Shown here in pieces: positions 12,232 to 25,100 of a stretch of 64,000 nt of DNA. The notes under the pieces are model-generated. The model was not told the DNA's origin, did no database searches, and worked only from the letters and a program-made list of their open reading frames with translations. Source of the stretch: Octopus sinensis (Eukaryota); the NCBI RefSeq assembly GCF_006345805.1, contig NC_042999.1:43958001-44022000 (forward strand), in the 5' to 3' direction. The translations under genes and the position numbers were made by a program. Numbering within the stretch: the first letter of the stretch is position 1; every line of letters starts with the position of its first letter.

Positions 12232-13544
12232 TTTGGTTGCTATTTCTAGCAAGTTATGTGACCTTGTAAGAGCTCCCCAGTTGGTTTAAAATGCTATGTG
12301 GGGTTATTTGACATTGACAGGATGAGTTCCAGACAACATTGATTGTTGCAGTGCTATCAGAACTTATTACATCTTGTAATATGATAATGAATAATTCATT
12401 AAGTTAAATAATTATTTCTTGTTTTTTTTTATTTGTTTTACCATTTAGTGATTGTTGTTGTTGTTGTATTGCTTCATATCAGTCAAAATCAAAGCTATGG
12501 CAATCCCATCCTTTCATTTTATTTTCTTTAATGCTGATATTGGTTGTATCTAAGGCCAGGATTGCTTCAATTAAATGGCAAATAATTAGTAATCTTACAT
12601 TTTGCTGATTAATCAATATTCATTTTTGGGTCAGTTCATTGGTTTTGATAATTGGTTGTTCTTGTCTTTTTTGTTATTATTAAAAGACATGTATATTGGA
12701 ACAAGAAAAACATGGATGACAGAAATTCAGAAAATATTGAATTAGACTTTATTTCCCAGCTTGCTCAATGTCAGCCCACCTCTCAAATTACACCCTACTT
12801 TCTGAAAATTTTTGATACCAATCCTATTCATAGTACTTGAATGTGCTGGTCTATGTAACTGTAAACTACTTAGGATTGCCCCCAGGAGCGTTGCTCTTTG
12901 TACATAAAAAGGTGTCAAGATAATAAAGATGCTGTCCTACCCTCCTGAGAAAATATGTGTTTAGTTGACCTTTTAAAAAGGAAGTAACTTAAGAAATATA
13001 AAAGATTATTTAATGGTATTCAAAAGTTTCCCATTAATAATGGTTTTAAATTTTGGCACAAGGGCCAGCAGTTTTTGAGGGGGAGGGGAAATAGGTTATA
13101 CTGAAACCTCTCCCTCTGTACTTGGCTGGTACTTATTTCACCAACTCTGAAAGGATGAAATGCTACTTAGCATTTTGTTTGGTGTGCTAGCAACTCTACC
13201 AGCTTACTGCTTTAAACTTTCTGCTGTCCTACCCCACCCTCCTAATATCTTAACCTCAAACAAACAATAAAATTTAGTGATTTAAATTTGGAAAGTCTTA
13301 AGTGAATTCACTAAAGTGAAGAGCTTTGTCGCGAGTTACACCATAGATTTTGGGTACAAGAAAAAGAACAGGTTCAGTTTAGATAGCTGATAACTAATAA
13401 TGTTTATAACCATATTAAATGTCTTCTATGCAGGTTTAATTAATTTGAATATTTAAAAAAATTTTTCACTCTTGACTTTATGCTAGTATAATTATCTAGA
13501 CTACATGTTCATGTTACAATCACACATTAAACATTGTATAAGCT

Positions 13545-13940
13545 CAGACATGACTTTGTGGCTAAAAAGCTTGCTTCTCAACTACATAGTTTCAGGTTTA
13601 GTCCTACTGCATGGCACTTTGAGCAAGTGTCTTCTACTATAGTCCTGGGCCAACCAAAGCCTTATGAATGGATTTGGTAGACTGAAACTGAAAGAAACCA
13701 ATTGCCTATATTTGTGTTTCCTTGTTTTGATTGTTATATGATAGTGAATGATTATCACTGTCATACAAGCAGTGTTATTCATTTCCAGTATTCTGCAAAA
13801 ATGTATTTTGGCCATGGGAAAATATTACCTGCCTTGGAAACATCTGAGAGTTGGTGACAGGAAATGAAACCAGCCATAGAAAAGTCTGTCTCAAACTCTG
13901 TGTGATCCATGCAAGCACTTTGGATGTAACAGTGATGATG
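13545..13940 (+). mobile_element. Chimeric SINE: B-type head with a D-like (RTE-type) tail
   Basis: B head and core, then GTTGGTGACAGGAA..AA.CCAGCCATAGAAAA...CCATGCAAGC...GATGATG. Minus-strand relatives lie at about 23015-23355 and 35070-35510. Confidence 0.65.
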
Positions 13941-15156
13941 GCTGTGGGGCACAGTTCAAGACAATATAAAGTAGAAACTACTGTAAAACCAGCCTAATTC
14001 TGTTACCATATATTTTCTAATAATTGCTCCATAATTGTGATTAATTATGAAATATCTTATTCACAATTAGAGTACACACAACACATATTTACATGATGAA
14101 TAATCAGTGGTTGAGATATTGGCCAATAAGGCAAGGCCAAGTATTTTGGTAATCAGACACATTGTTTATCAGTGTATCCCTATCTGAGACCATATACAAT
14201 TTGTCTTCTCTTTTATAAAAATAGTAGGATGTGATTTGAAGAGTATTTAGCTGCTATTTCTAGTAGAGCCTCTATTCCTTAGAGCAAGCTGATCTCATAC
14301 CACCACCTGTCAGGTAATCCATGTTGCATCCAGCCTACATTCAGACTGGTCCCCACACAAAAACCACTATGTCCTTTCTTTTTTCCACAGAACATTGTCC
14401 TTCTGAAATCTCTGCTTATGTATTTTCTGCAACAGTTCGAATAGAATATTAGCAGCAACAATCTCACCAGTTTCAGAAGGCTCCTTCCTTCATTGCCTTA
14501 AAAAATTTATATATATAAGAACAAGTAGCAAAAATATTTTCATATCTTGTTTCCTACAACACCTCAATGTGTTTTTGACACCTTAGAAAATTACTGTGAT
14601 GAACTAGCAGTACATGAAATGAAATTTAAAAAAACAAAACAATTGTGTAGTCTCATCCATTATATTTGTCACTTACCTACCAATTACATTATCTGTGTAG
14701 CATGTGAATAGTCGTAAAAATAAAATATAGTTATCCAAAATCCAACAATAAGTTTTACAAAATCTCTCTCTCTCCTAATATAGTAGCGTGTTGCTGATAG
14801 GTGAACCTATCAACCAGTCTGTGTATTTGTGCATGTATGTATGCTGTTTCCACCTACTTTTTTGTTGCTTAAATCTTAATGTCCTCATTCTGCACATTCC
14901 CCTCTGCAGCATGTGGGAGATACCTCCAGTTCCACTCAGATTTTTTTAATTGAAGTAATTGATATTTCATGAAGTAATGAATTAATCAAAATTTAGTTTA
15001 AAAACAAAAACCTGTTTTTTTTTCTGGCTGGTTTTTTAAGAAAATAAAAAAATATTATTGGTGCAGGTATGGTTGCATGATTGAAGCCACATCGTTTTGG
15101 TTTCAGTCTCACTGTGTGGCACCTTGGGCAAGAGTCTTCAACTATAGCTCTAGGTC

Positions 15157-15398
15157 AGTACTTCCTAACCAGGGTCCACCTTGTGGGGATCTACATAAGA
15201 TTTTGTCAGAATTTATGTGCAATGATTTGGTCATACAATACACAGTATTTTAACAGTTTTTTTAAATACAATTCTTAATGATATTTAATTGCCAAAATAT
15301 AATAGGAATTTTTTAAACATCAAATGGCTATGAGGGTCCACCAGAATAAAATAGGAACCAGACAAGTCCATAGACAAAAAAATGGTTGAAAACCAATA
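15157..15398. mobile_element. Older degenerate hAT-type MITE abutting the 15407 element
   Basis: CAGTACTTCCTAACCAGGGTCCAC ... GTCCATAGACAAAAAAATGGTTGAAAACC resembles Charlie-type CAGTGGTTCCCAACC termini. Confidence 0.5.
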
Positions 15399-15406
15399 CT
15401 TTAGGC

Positions 15407-15610
15407 CAGGGGTGGGCAAACTACGGCCTGCCATAGGTTTTCATGCGGCCCGCCGAGAGGAATATTTCACAATTTCCTTTCAATCAATTGTGTGTTTATA
15501 TGTCTATAACCGCCTTTAAATTATTTTCACTTGATTTTTATAAATGAGGCCCGCCAAGGTTCCAAAGACGCACTGTGCGGCCCGCGATCAAAAAAGTTCG
15601 CCCACCCCTG
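15407..15610. mobile_element. hAT (Charlie-like) MITE, 204 bp
   Basis: TIRs CAGGGGTGGGCAAACT and AGTTCGCCCACCCCTG. Perfect 8-bp TSD CTTTAGGC at 15399-15406 and 15611-15618. Confidence 0.92.
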
Positions 15611-16395
15611 CTTTAGGCCTTCTAATTGCCTTGAGAGTTTATTCAGTGAATGGAAACAGTAGCAAACCTGCTGTGTGTGTGTGTGTGTGTGTGTGCGTGC
15701 GCAAATGTACATGAACTGTTGATATTCCATGCTTGTCACTACTTGAGTTAAATGTTGTTGGCTTTCTTTATTGTTGTTATGACTGGTTACTTAGCACTTC
15801 GAAATATGTCTGAAATAAAATTTTAAAAAATCTTTTCCTTGAAAGACAGATATGGGCTGCTGGGAGGAAAGGCATCCACCATTAAAACCTTACTTGAAAT
15901 ATGTCTCCAATCAACCTACACTAGAATGGTAAGAAAAAAATGGGCATTAAATAAACAAACAATATTAGCATGGGTTACTTCAGTGTTCCTCAAGGATAGA
16001 GTACTGTGAGGATTAAGAAGTGGGCAGACAAATTGCTATATTCAATATTATGGCTATATATATATATATATATATGAAGATTGCATGAAAGCAAAAGATG
16101 TGTAATAAAATGCTATCACTTTGAGGACCACCTGGTTAATTAGTTCTCCAAATTAAGACATTATTTTTGTGATATGTTGTTGTTTAATTCCAAGAGACTT
16201 AACAGTGATGTTCCTTCTTGCCCATAGCCATATCATCTTGTACTCAAACATAATTTGTAAATTGGCCTGGTTATAATAGGTGGAGGCATAGCTGTGTGGT
16301 TTAAGACGTTCACTTTGCAACTACATGGTTTAGGTTTAGTCCCATTACATTGCACTGTCTTCTACTGTAGTCTCAGCCCATTGGCTGTGTATGTA

Positions 16396-16622
16396 TTGGG
16401 GTGTCCAGAAAGTTCATGCCGATTTTTAAGGGAAAGAAAAAGGTCAATAAATACTTGCCATTACATTTTTAGTCAACCAAATATGAACCATTTTGTTGCA
16501 CAATGCGTCTCCAGCTTTCCTTTAACTTGGAAATACCCTCTTCCCAGAATTTAGGTGCCTGGGTGGGTAAGTCAAAAGGTAAGCTACTATAAATCGGCAC
16601 AAAAACTTTCCCGACAACCCAA
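16396..16622. mobile_element. Tc1/mariner-type MITE
   Basis: Imperfect ~30-bp TIRs TTGGGGTGTCCAGAAAGTTCATGCCGATTT and AAATCGGCACAAAAACTTTCCCGACAACCCAA, with TA on both flanks. Confidence 0.8.
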
Positions 16623-17354
16623 TATATATATATTTATATATGATTCCACGAAGACAAGATGTCAACATTTTCATCCTCCCCATGTGTGTGTATATATATA
16701 TATATATATATTTATCATCATTTAATGGAAAATGGTTATTAAATGATGATAAACACACACACAGAGGGTGAGAACGTTTACATTTTGTCTTCATGGAATC
16801 ACTTGAGCAAAAGCAGTGACATTACATTGACAATTTCCTATCAACAAATTGCCCTGTAGCTCAGTAAAAATTAGTGGAATAAAAAAAAAAGTCTTAAAAT
16901 CTGAGTTCAAAAATAAGTGAAAGTTACCATCAGAACTGCATCCAACTCTAAAACACTGCTTCAATAATGTCCTCAACTTACAAATGGTTACATTAACATA
17001 TTTAATCAAATTGTTTTGCAAGGAGTTTGTTGGAAATGAACTATTTTATTTATACCTTTATTAGTTCACTTAGGATTTTTCATGGATTCTTGTTGTGAGA
17101 AAGTCAGTTCTCTCTTGATTGTGTGGTTACTCCCCTTTCTCTATATGTGTGTGTGTGTAATGAAGTGATTAGTGTTTGTTTTAAAATGTTCTTTTGTCTG
17201 TGTTTAAGCTACTGCTTACTTTACAGTATTGTCCAATATCTAACGTTCTTAAAGGTATCAAATTTTCTTGATGCTATTCAGACTGTCATTAAGATAATCA
17301 TTCGCTAGGAAAACCTCTCTGGAACGCCACACATGCACACACAATCAATCCATT

Positions 17355-17387
<33 letters not shown>

Positions 17388-17389
<2 letters not shown>

Positions 17390-17795
17390 CATCATCGTTT
17401 AACGTCCGTTCTCCATGCTAGCATGGGTTGGACGGTTCGACCGGGGATCTGGGAAGCCAGAAGGCTGCACCAGGCTCCGGTCTTATCTGGCAATGTTTCT
17501 ACAGCTGGATGCCCTTCCTAACGCCAACCACTCCGTGAGTGTAGTGGGTGCTTTTTACGTGCCACCTGCACTGGTGCCAGGCGAGGCTGGCATCGGCCAC
17601 AGTCGGATTGGTGCATTTTACGTGCCACCTGCACGGAAGCCAGTCGAGGCGGCACTGGCTTTAGCCACGATTTGGATAGTGCTTTTTACGTATCTCCAGT
17701 CCAGGGGTCCTAGCATCTGCCGGGTGCCAGTCCTAGGATTGGTTCAATTTCGATTCTGATTTCACTTGCCCCAACAGGTCTTCGCAAGCAAACGT
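17388..17795 (-). mobile_element. Retroposon family D
   Basis: Same tail and core, with about three tandem units. Confidence 0.85.
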
Positions 17796-17814
17796 ATATA
17801 TATATATATGTGTG

Positions 17815-18195
17815 TGCAGGTATGGCTGTGTGATAAACTTCCCAACCACATGATTCTGTGTCTAGTCTGACTGCATGACACCTTGGGCAAATACCTTCTA
17901 CTATAACCGTGGTCAACTAAAGCCTTGTGAGTGGATTTGGATGATGGAAACTGAAAGAAGCCTATCGTATGTATGTGTCTTTGTTTTTGTGTTTGTCCTT
18001 CACCGCTGCTTGACAACTATTGTTGGTGTGTTTACATTCCCATAACTTAGCAATTCAGCAAAAAGTGACTGACAGAATAAGTATCAGGCTTTAAAAGAAA
18101 AAAAGAAATAAGTACTAGAGTTGATTCCATTTGACTAAAAGTGCTTCGAAGTGATGCTCCAGCATGGACACAATCTAATGACTGAAACAGATAAC
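17815..18195 (+). mobile_element. SINE family B (tRNA-like head, microsatellite middle, GACTGAAACAAG tail)
   Basis: GCAGGTATGGCTGTGTG ... CCTTGTGAGTGGATTTGG..GGAAACTGAAAGAAGCC ... CCAGCATGG..CA.TC.AATGACTGAAACAG. Confidence 0.85.
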
Positions 18196-18267
18196 ACACA
18201 CACACACACACATGTATTTGTGTCTGTATGTGTATATTTCATTTTTATGTTTGTACTTTTTTCCATC

Positions 18268-18497
18268 CTTATTTCTTTATTGCCCAGAAGGGGCTAAACA
18301 TAGTGGGGGCAAACAAGGACAGGCAAAGGGATCAAGTCGATTACATCGACCCCAGTGCTGGTACTTATTTTATTGACCCCGAAAGGATGAAAGGCAAAGT
18401 CAATCTTGGCAGAATTTGAACTGAGAACGTAACAGCAGACAAAATACCGCTAAGGATTTTGCCCAGCGTGCTAACATTTCTGCCAGCTCACCGCCTT
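18268..18497 (-). mobile_element. SINE family A
   Basis: Family A body and tail with a TSD-like TTTTTTCCAT on both flanks. Confidence 0.88.
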
Positions 18498-18833
18498 AGC
18501 TTTTTTTCCATTCTGGCATGGCTTATTGAATTAGCATTCTATGAATGGGTACCCATCTTATTGCTTCAAATGATATTTCTTTTTGCCTTTAGTCTTTGCA
18601 ACTGAAATTAAAGAGCCATGAAATATTGTTTACATGAGAGGTAAAGAAATATCATTCATGTTCAATGTCAGTATGAAAACATGTTGAAATACACACACAT
18701 ATTCAAACACCCATTCATTCACATGCTGGTATATGTCTGTTCATATACCCACCATGTACATGTTCCTGTTGAAAGGTTTTAACCATTTAGCATTCAGATT
18801 ACTCTGTCAAATGTAATGCTTATTTATTCACAT

Positions 18834-19459
18834 TACTCTCTCTCTTTACTCTTTTACTTGTTTCAGTCATTTGACTGTGGCCACGCTGGAGCACCACTTT
18901 TAGTCGAGCAAATCGACCCTAGAACTTATTCTTTGTAAGCCTAGTACTTATTCTATCGGTTTCTTTTGCTGAACCGCTAAGTTACGGGGACGTAAACACA
19001 CCAGCATCAGTTGTCAAGCGATGTTGGGGGGACAAACATATACACACTCGTACATATATACTACGGGCTTCTTTCAGTTTCTTATTTCTTTATTGCTCAC
19101 AAGGGGCTAAACATAGAGGGGACAAACAAGGAGTTTAAGTCAATTACAACGTCCCCAGTGCATAACTGGTATTTAATTTATTGACCCCCAAAAGGATGAA
19201 AGGCAAAGTCAACCTCAGCAGAATTTGAACTCAGAATGTAAAGACAGACGAAATACTGCTAAGCATTTCGCCCGGCATGCTAACATTTCTTCCAACTCAC
19301 TGCCTTTATTTCTTTCAGTTTCTGTCTACCAAATCCACTCACAAGACTTTGGTTGGCCTTAGGCTATAATAGAAGACACTTGCCCAAGGTGCCATGCAGT
19401 GGGACTGAACTCGAAACCATGTGGTTCATAAGCAAGCTACTTACCATGCAGCCACTCCT
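18834..19459 (-). mobile_element. SINE family B interrupted by SINE A
   Basis: Reverse complement of the B tail at 18834-19080 and of the B head at 19310-19459. Confidence 0.88.
19082..19309 (-). mobile_element. SINE family A nested in SINE B
   Basis: 13-bp TSD TTCTTTCAGTTTC at 19069-19081 and 19310-19322. Confidence 0.92.
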
Positions 19460-20109
19460 TTTGAATTAATCATGCATTATCTTGTAGATTTGAGATTTCG
19501 ACAATGTGATTGTTCATTTTTAGAATGGTATTCTAGGGTAATTGTGAGGCAAGTTTGAACATAAAACAGGTAGAATATTTGGGTCAGACAGACATGACTG
19601 GTTTAAATGCTAAAGGGTTAAGTAGGTTATGAGCTAAATATTTAAGTAAAAGTTATGAATTTATGTACTACTATTTCATGCTTTTTTTTTTTTTTTTTTT
19701 CTTCCATGCCTTCAACATTAAGATTTACCTTTCCAACCTGACCTGATAATTTCTCTTTATTGCACACTCTGAAAAATAAAAATTCAAGTAAAGTGGTCAA
19801 GACTGAGACTTCTGCCAGAAAAAAAAAAAGCATATCAAATAAATCTCCTTGGTTAAATTGTCAATAATTAAACCTTATGAGGTTACAAGGAGATAAGGAA
19901 ATAATTTTAGATTGTTTTCTAAACTGGTATTGATTGAAAGAGTTTATAAGTCTCCTGCTTAGAGTCAAACATGCACACACATACACATGTACATTATAAC
20001 ATTATACACATAAGCTGAATATTTGTTTTCAAAATTTTTGATTAAAAAAAACAAGGATCAGAAAATTTTTAATTACTTTTTGTTTAAAATATATTTTGTC
20101 TCTATTTGA

Positions 20110-20975
20110 GCTGCCAGAATCATTAATAGGTTGGAAAAATGCCTTGCAATATTTGTTTTGGCTCTTCACATTGTGAGTTTAAATCTTGTCAAGGTCAACT
20201 TTACCTTTCATTCTTCTAGGATCATTAAAATAAAGTACCAGTCAAGTACTGAAATTGATGGTATAGGCTAAATCCTACCCTTCAAAATGGACAATGGCTT
20301 GGCTGAATCATCAGTGCCCAAAACTTTGCTTTCCAGTATTTCTGGATGCTCTATATGTGAGTTCAAATCCTACCATGGTTAACTTGGCCTTTCACTCCTT
20401 CAGGCTCAATAAAGTACTGGGATCAATGATATCAACGAACACTTTCCTCTTAAAATTGTGGGTTTTGTTCCCAAATTAGAAACAATTATGATTATTATTA
20501 TTAAGGGGGCAAGCTGGCAGAATTGTTAGAATACTGGACAAAATGCTTAGTAGCATTTCATTTGTCTTTACATTGAGTTCAAATTTTACCATGGTCAACT
20601 TTGCATTTCATCCTTTTGGGATCAATAAAATAAGTACCAATTGAGTACTGTGGTTCATGTACTTAACTAGCCTCCACCCAACAAAATTTCAGACCTAGTA
20701 CCTATAGGATTATTATTATTATTATTATTATTATATTATTATTATTATTATTATATATTAAAGCAGCGAGCTGGCAGAATTGTTAGCATGCCAGGCAAAA
20801 TGCTTTGTGGTATTTCATCCATCCTTATGTTCTAAGCTCAAATTTTGCCAATCTCAGCTTTGCTTTTCATACTTTTGAGGTTGATGAAATAAGTACCAGT
20901 TGTGTACTGGGCTTGATGTAATTGACTAGCCCCCTCCCCTTAAATTTCAGGTCTTGTGCCTATAGTAGAAAGTAT
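20110..20975 (+). mobile_element. Array of about four head-to-tail SINE A copies separated by (ATT)n
   Basis: A-type heads or bodies at about 20110, 20310, 20505 and 20762, with (ATT)n runs at about 20488-20503 and 20710-20760. Confidence 0.75.
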
Positions 20976-21756
20976 ATATTCCATTGAAGAAAACTTGGCT
21001 ATCTCTATTATGAAACATGAAGCATCCAGTAAGTATTTCAGGAGTTAACCTGGTATGTAAGACAGAAATTAGTCCAGTTCTTCAGAGAGGGTTAGTGTAT
21101 TTGTTTTTATTTTTACATTAATCTTGAAGGATTATCTGAATTTCAGATTCATACACCCAAGTTACTGAAAATGCTGCTGCCTTTGTCAGTTGACCACTGA
21201 CCACTTTGCAGATAACTAGTTCTCTTGAATTTATTTTTCAAATTTTTGTAGTTTTATACATGTAAATTTCTTGATGATGTACAAAGCCAGCATTTATATG
21301 GTTAGTGTCTTAATCAATCACATCAGCATTAGTATTTACTGTTAGTACCTATTATGATGTAATGCCTTACTAAAGTACTAAATAACAGGTTACTCTAACA
21401 AGAAAGATAGCCACTGTTTCAGTATATCTTGTTTTATAGTAGAATCTTTTGTTCACTAGACTCCTTGTGTGGTTACTCAACCAGATTCGATTTCTTTCTT
21501 AAGCTTTTGCAAGAAGGAATGACATTGAATAATGTAGTCATAGATTCCCTGTCTTTGAGAAGAAGGCTCTATGGTTATAGTTGGGGCATCTCTGATCATA
21601 GATCTGCTCAGTCTGGTCTGACTTAGGACCAAATGGCAGCAACAACTAGCACTTTTTTTGCGAGTATCTCTATCTTTGTTTCCTCTACTAACTATAAATT
21701 TTATTAGTTATGTTATATCCCCCTTTAACTGCTTTTACTTAAATCCCTCTCTCATC

Positions 21757-21989
21757 TGTTTCTTTACTACCCACAAGGGGCTAAACATAGAGGGGACAAA
21801 CAAGGACAGACAAACAGATTAAGTCGATTATATCGACCCCAGTGTGTAACTGGTACTTAATTTATCAACCCCAAAAGGATGAAAAGCAAAGTCGACCTCG
21901 GCGGAATTTGAACTCAGAACGTAGTGGCAGATGAAATACAGCTACGCATTTCGCCTGGCGGGCTAACAATTCTGCCAGCTCGCCGCCTT
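21757..21989 (-). mobile_element. SINE family A, full length
   Basis: Near-consensus body with a short TSD-like TCTCATC. Confidence 0.9.
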
Positions 21990-23357
21990 CTCATCACCCA
22001 ACTAGAGCTCTCATGGTTGCTTGACCTGCTACCAACAGTTACTAAAGCTCCAACTCACACCACCCAACTGGCTCAAAAATATTGAATAAGATGTCATTGG
22101 ATGCTCTAGTCCTATACATACAAGAAGACAGGGAGGTTTGACCTTAAGTTTGCTTGATCAAGACTAAAATAGAAACTATACTTTCTGATCAGTTTTCATT
22201 TTCTCTTTTATCAGTTTTTATTGCCTGTTTATATGTCCCAGCTTCTGAGTATTTTATTTTCTCACATTTATGGAAATTATCATGGATGAGAAAATATATG
22301 CTTAGGATTAAGAAATCTTTTATTTAATAATGAAAGACCACAGTACTTATTTCACCCAGCTCTTCCTCACATTTATATAGTATTTATTAAAGCCAAAAGA
22401 CTTCTTCAGTTTTGTTGACAAAAACATCTATTCAGGTAATTCATCCAAGGACCAATAAATCAAGTGCTTTACCAATAAAGTTGCTTTGGACTAAGTGTTT
22501 GGGTGGTATCTTAGCTCCACATGGTTCAAGAGGACATCATTTGTTTACCTTATTCTTCAGAAAGTTTGTCAGTGTTGTCTTTTTTTTTTTGGTGAATCTG
22601 GACAAATTGGAGATGACACTTACTGCTCTACACCAGTTATTTAATCTGTTCAAATATTTCTCCCTTGTTCATTTACACTTAGTACTTTTATTTAACAATA
22701 TTCCTAAGTGTTACTATAATGTTGGCTGCTTCTACTAATTCAAATGTTTACATTTACTCAAAGAAGCAAGGTTTTTACAGCTGGGTTCTCAAAGTAATAA
22801 ACCAACCACTGGGAATGATTAATTATTTTTAGAAATGTTAGCTAAGAAAGTTAATGTGGTTAGTTAATAGGAATGAATGGCAAAAAACTTAAGTTTCAGA
22901 AAGAAATTTTTTTGTTATAAATTGTGATAAAAGTTAAATTTTCATATTTTTATTACCAGTTCTCTGTCTATTTCAACAGCCATGATTAAATAGATATCAT
23001 CATTTAACATCTACTTTTTCATGCTTGTTGAAGCAGGTTTTCTACAGATAGATGCCCTTCTTGTTGTTAACCTTCTCCTGTTTCTAAAGCAAGGTAATAT
23101 TTTCCCATGGCCAAACATGTTTTTTGAAAGAAGATTGGAATTAAGCAGCATCGCTTGTATAACAGTGCTGTTTTTTTTTTTTTTACAGCTATGTCAGGAA
23201 GAGGTTACACATGTGTGCACACACATGATGAGCTCCTTTCAGTTTCCATCTACCAAAACCATTCTTAAAGCTTTGTTTAGTTGGGGGCTATAGCAGAAGG
23301 CATTTACCCAAAGTGTCACATGGTTGGGAAGCAGGCTTCTTAACCACCTAGCCATGT

Positions 23358-23655
23358 GGAGGCACATAGCCTATTGGTTAGAGCAGCAGACTCGCGGTCA
23401 AGAGATTGCAGGTTCGAATCTCAGACCGGTCGATGTGTGTGTTTATGAGCGAAACACCTAAGCTCCACGCGGCTCTGACAGAAGGTAATGGCGAACTTCT
23501 GCTGACTCTTTCGCCACAACTTTCTCTCACTCTTTTCTCCTGCATCTTGCGGCTCACCTGCGACTGACCGGCATCCTGTCCAGGTGGGGAACCTATACAC
23601 CAAGGAAACTGGGAAACCGGCCCTTATGAGCCAGGCATGGCTCGAGAAGGAAGGA
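23358..23655 (+). mobile_element. SINE family C (intact tRNA-like head)
   Basis: GGAGGCACATAGCCTATTGGTTAGAGCAG...GGTTCGAATCTC head. 11-bp TSD ACCTAGCCATG at 23346-23356 and 23656-23666. Confidence 0.92.
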
Positions 23656-23680
23656 ACCTAGCCATGCATGTACCTATTAA

Positions 23681-23900
23681 CCCTTTCATTACCAACCCGG
23701 CTGAAACCGGCTCTGGCTTTGAGTACAAATGTCTTGTTTTCATAAGTTTTGAATTAAAACCTTCCACCAAACCTTAATCACAATTTATGTTCCTAACACC
23801 AGCTTAATGATAACTAAGTTATTTTACTAAATTCTTTGTTATATTTAGAGTAATTGAAAGAAACACAGAGCATCTCAAAATAAATACAGTAATGAAAGGG
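23681..23900. mobile_element. piggyBac-type MITE, family P1
   Basis: TTAA|CCCTTTCATTAC ... GTAATGAAAGGG|TTAA, a perfect 12-bp TIR, 220 bp. Confidence 0.9.
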
Positions 23901-24289
23901 TTAAAGAAAGTAAAATTCTGCACAGAAAATCTGAAAACACAAAATCAGTATTGTTAGAGTAAAATCTATTTTTAATAGACAGATTTTTCTCTAACAATAT
24001 GACTAAAACACTTCATGTTAAAATATATCAATTGTACGTACTCATTTGAAAGGCTTAAATGTCTCTGGGTGATATACACTTTACAAAATGGCTTGCAGCT
24101 GTTTAAGCACTTCACTATGAGTGCGTTTTCACTGTGTATTAATATAGTCCAGGGTATTATCTATCTATTTATGTTTTTAATCATTAGTTAATTTTAAAAT
24201 ATAAATGCTGAAGCTATTAAGGAAAATAAGGCAGTAACAGTAGGATTGCCAGATATTAATAACTGCTCCTGTGCTTTAGGAGCATGTGT

Positions 24290-25100
24290 TTTCAGAATCC
24301 TTAGAGCATTAAGCAAAGTACCTTGTAGTATTTCTGGCTCTTTAAAACATTCAGAGTTCAAATCCCATTAGGATCAAATTTACTTTTCATCCCTCTGGGG
24401 TTGATAAAATAAAGTACTATTTAAGTGCTAATATTAGAGGTATTAACTAATACCTCCCCTCAAAACTGCTGGCCTTGTGTGGAAATTAGAAACAATTATA
24501 AAAAGTTATGGCTTCATAGAATTGTTAGTACATTGGGAAAATGCTTAATGGTTCCAGCTCTTTATTTTGAGTTCAAATGCCACTGAGGTCAACTTTTCCT
24601 TTCATCCTTTTGGAGTTGGCAAAACAAAGTACCAGTTAAGTACTGGTACTTTATCTTATTTTGAAGCAAGGTAGTTAGTTGATGCTATTGACTGACAACC
24701 TTCCCTCAAAATTGCTGGCCTTGTGCCTAAATCAAAATTACTACTACTTCTATTGTGGCAAGCTGACAAAATTGTTACCATGCTAGGCAAAATGCTTAGC
24801 ATTTGAACAAAATGCTGAGTTCAAATTCTGCTGAGGTCAGTTTTGCCTTTCATCCTTTCGGAACCACGAAAATAAGTACCAGTTGAACATTGGGGTCGAT
24901 GTAATCAACTTATTCCCTCCCCCAAAATTGCTGGCCTTTGCCAAAATTTGAAACCATTATTATTATTATTATTAGTAGTAGTAGAGTAGTAGATTGGGAA
25001 AAGTCTTAGAGCATCAAATGATCTACCTTTAGTTCCTGCTCTTTACACTATTAGTTCAAATCTCACCAAAGTCAACTTTGTATCCCCTAAAATAAAATAC
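24290..25100 (+). mobile_element. Array of about four degenerate head-to-tail SINE A copies
   Basis: Repeated GAGTTCAAAT...GGTCAACTTT..CTTTCATCC...AAAATAAGTAC...AAAATTGCTGGCCTTGTG blocks. Confidence 0.75.

Larger units (their letters stand above)
18783..19617. mobile_element. piggyBac-type MITE P2 carrying nested SINE B and SINE A
   Basis: TTAA|CCATTTAGCATTCAGATTAC ... ATGCTAAAGGG|TTAA. The MITE halves are separated by SINE B (about 18834-19459). Confidence 0.8.

Noticed and set aside
23358-23430. tRNA gene (also at 50001-50070)
   Set aside because: The A and B boxes continue into a ~300-bp body flanked by TSDs, so these are SINE heads, not tRNA genes.
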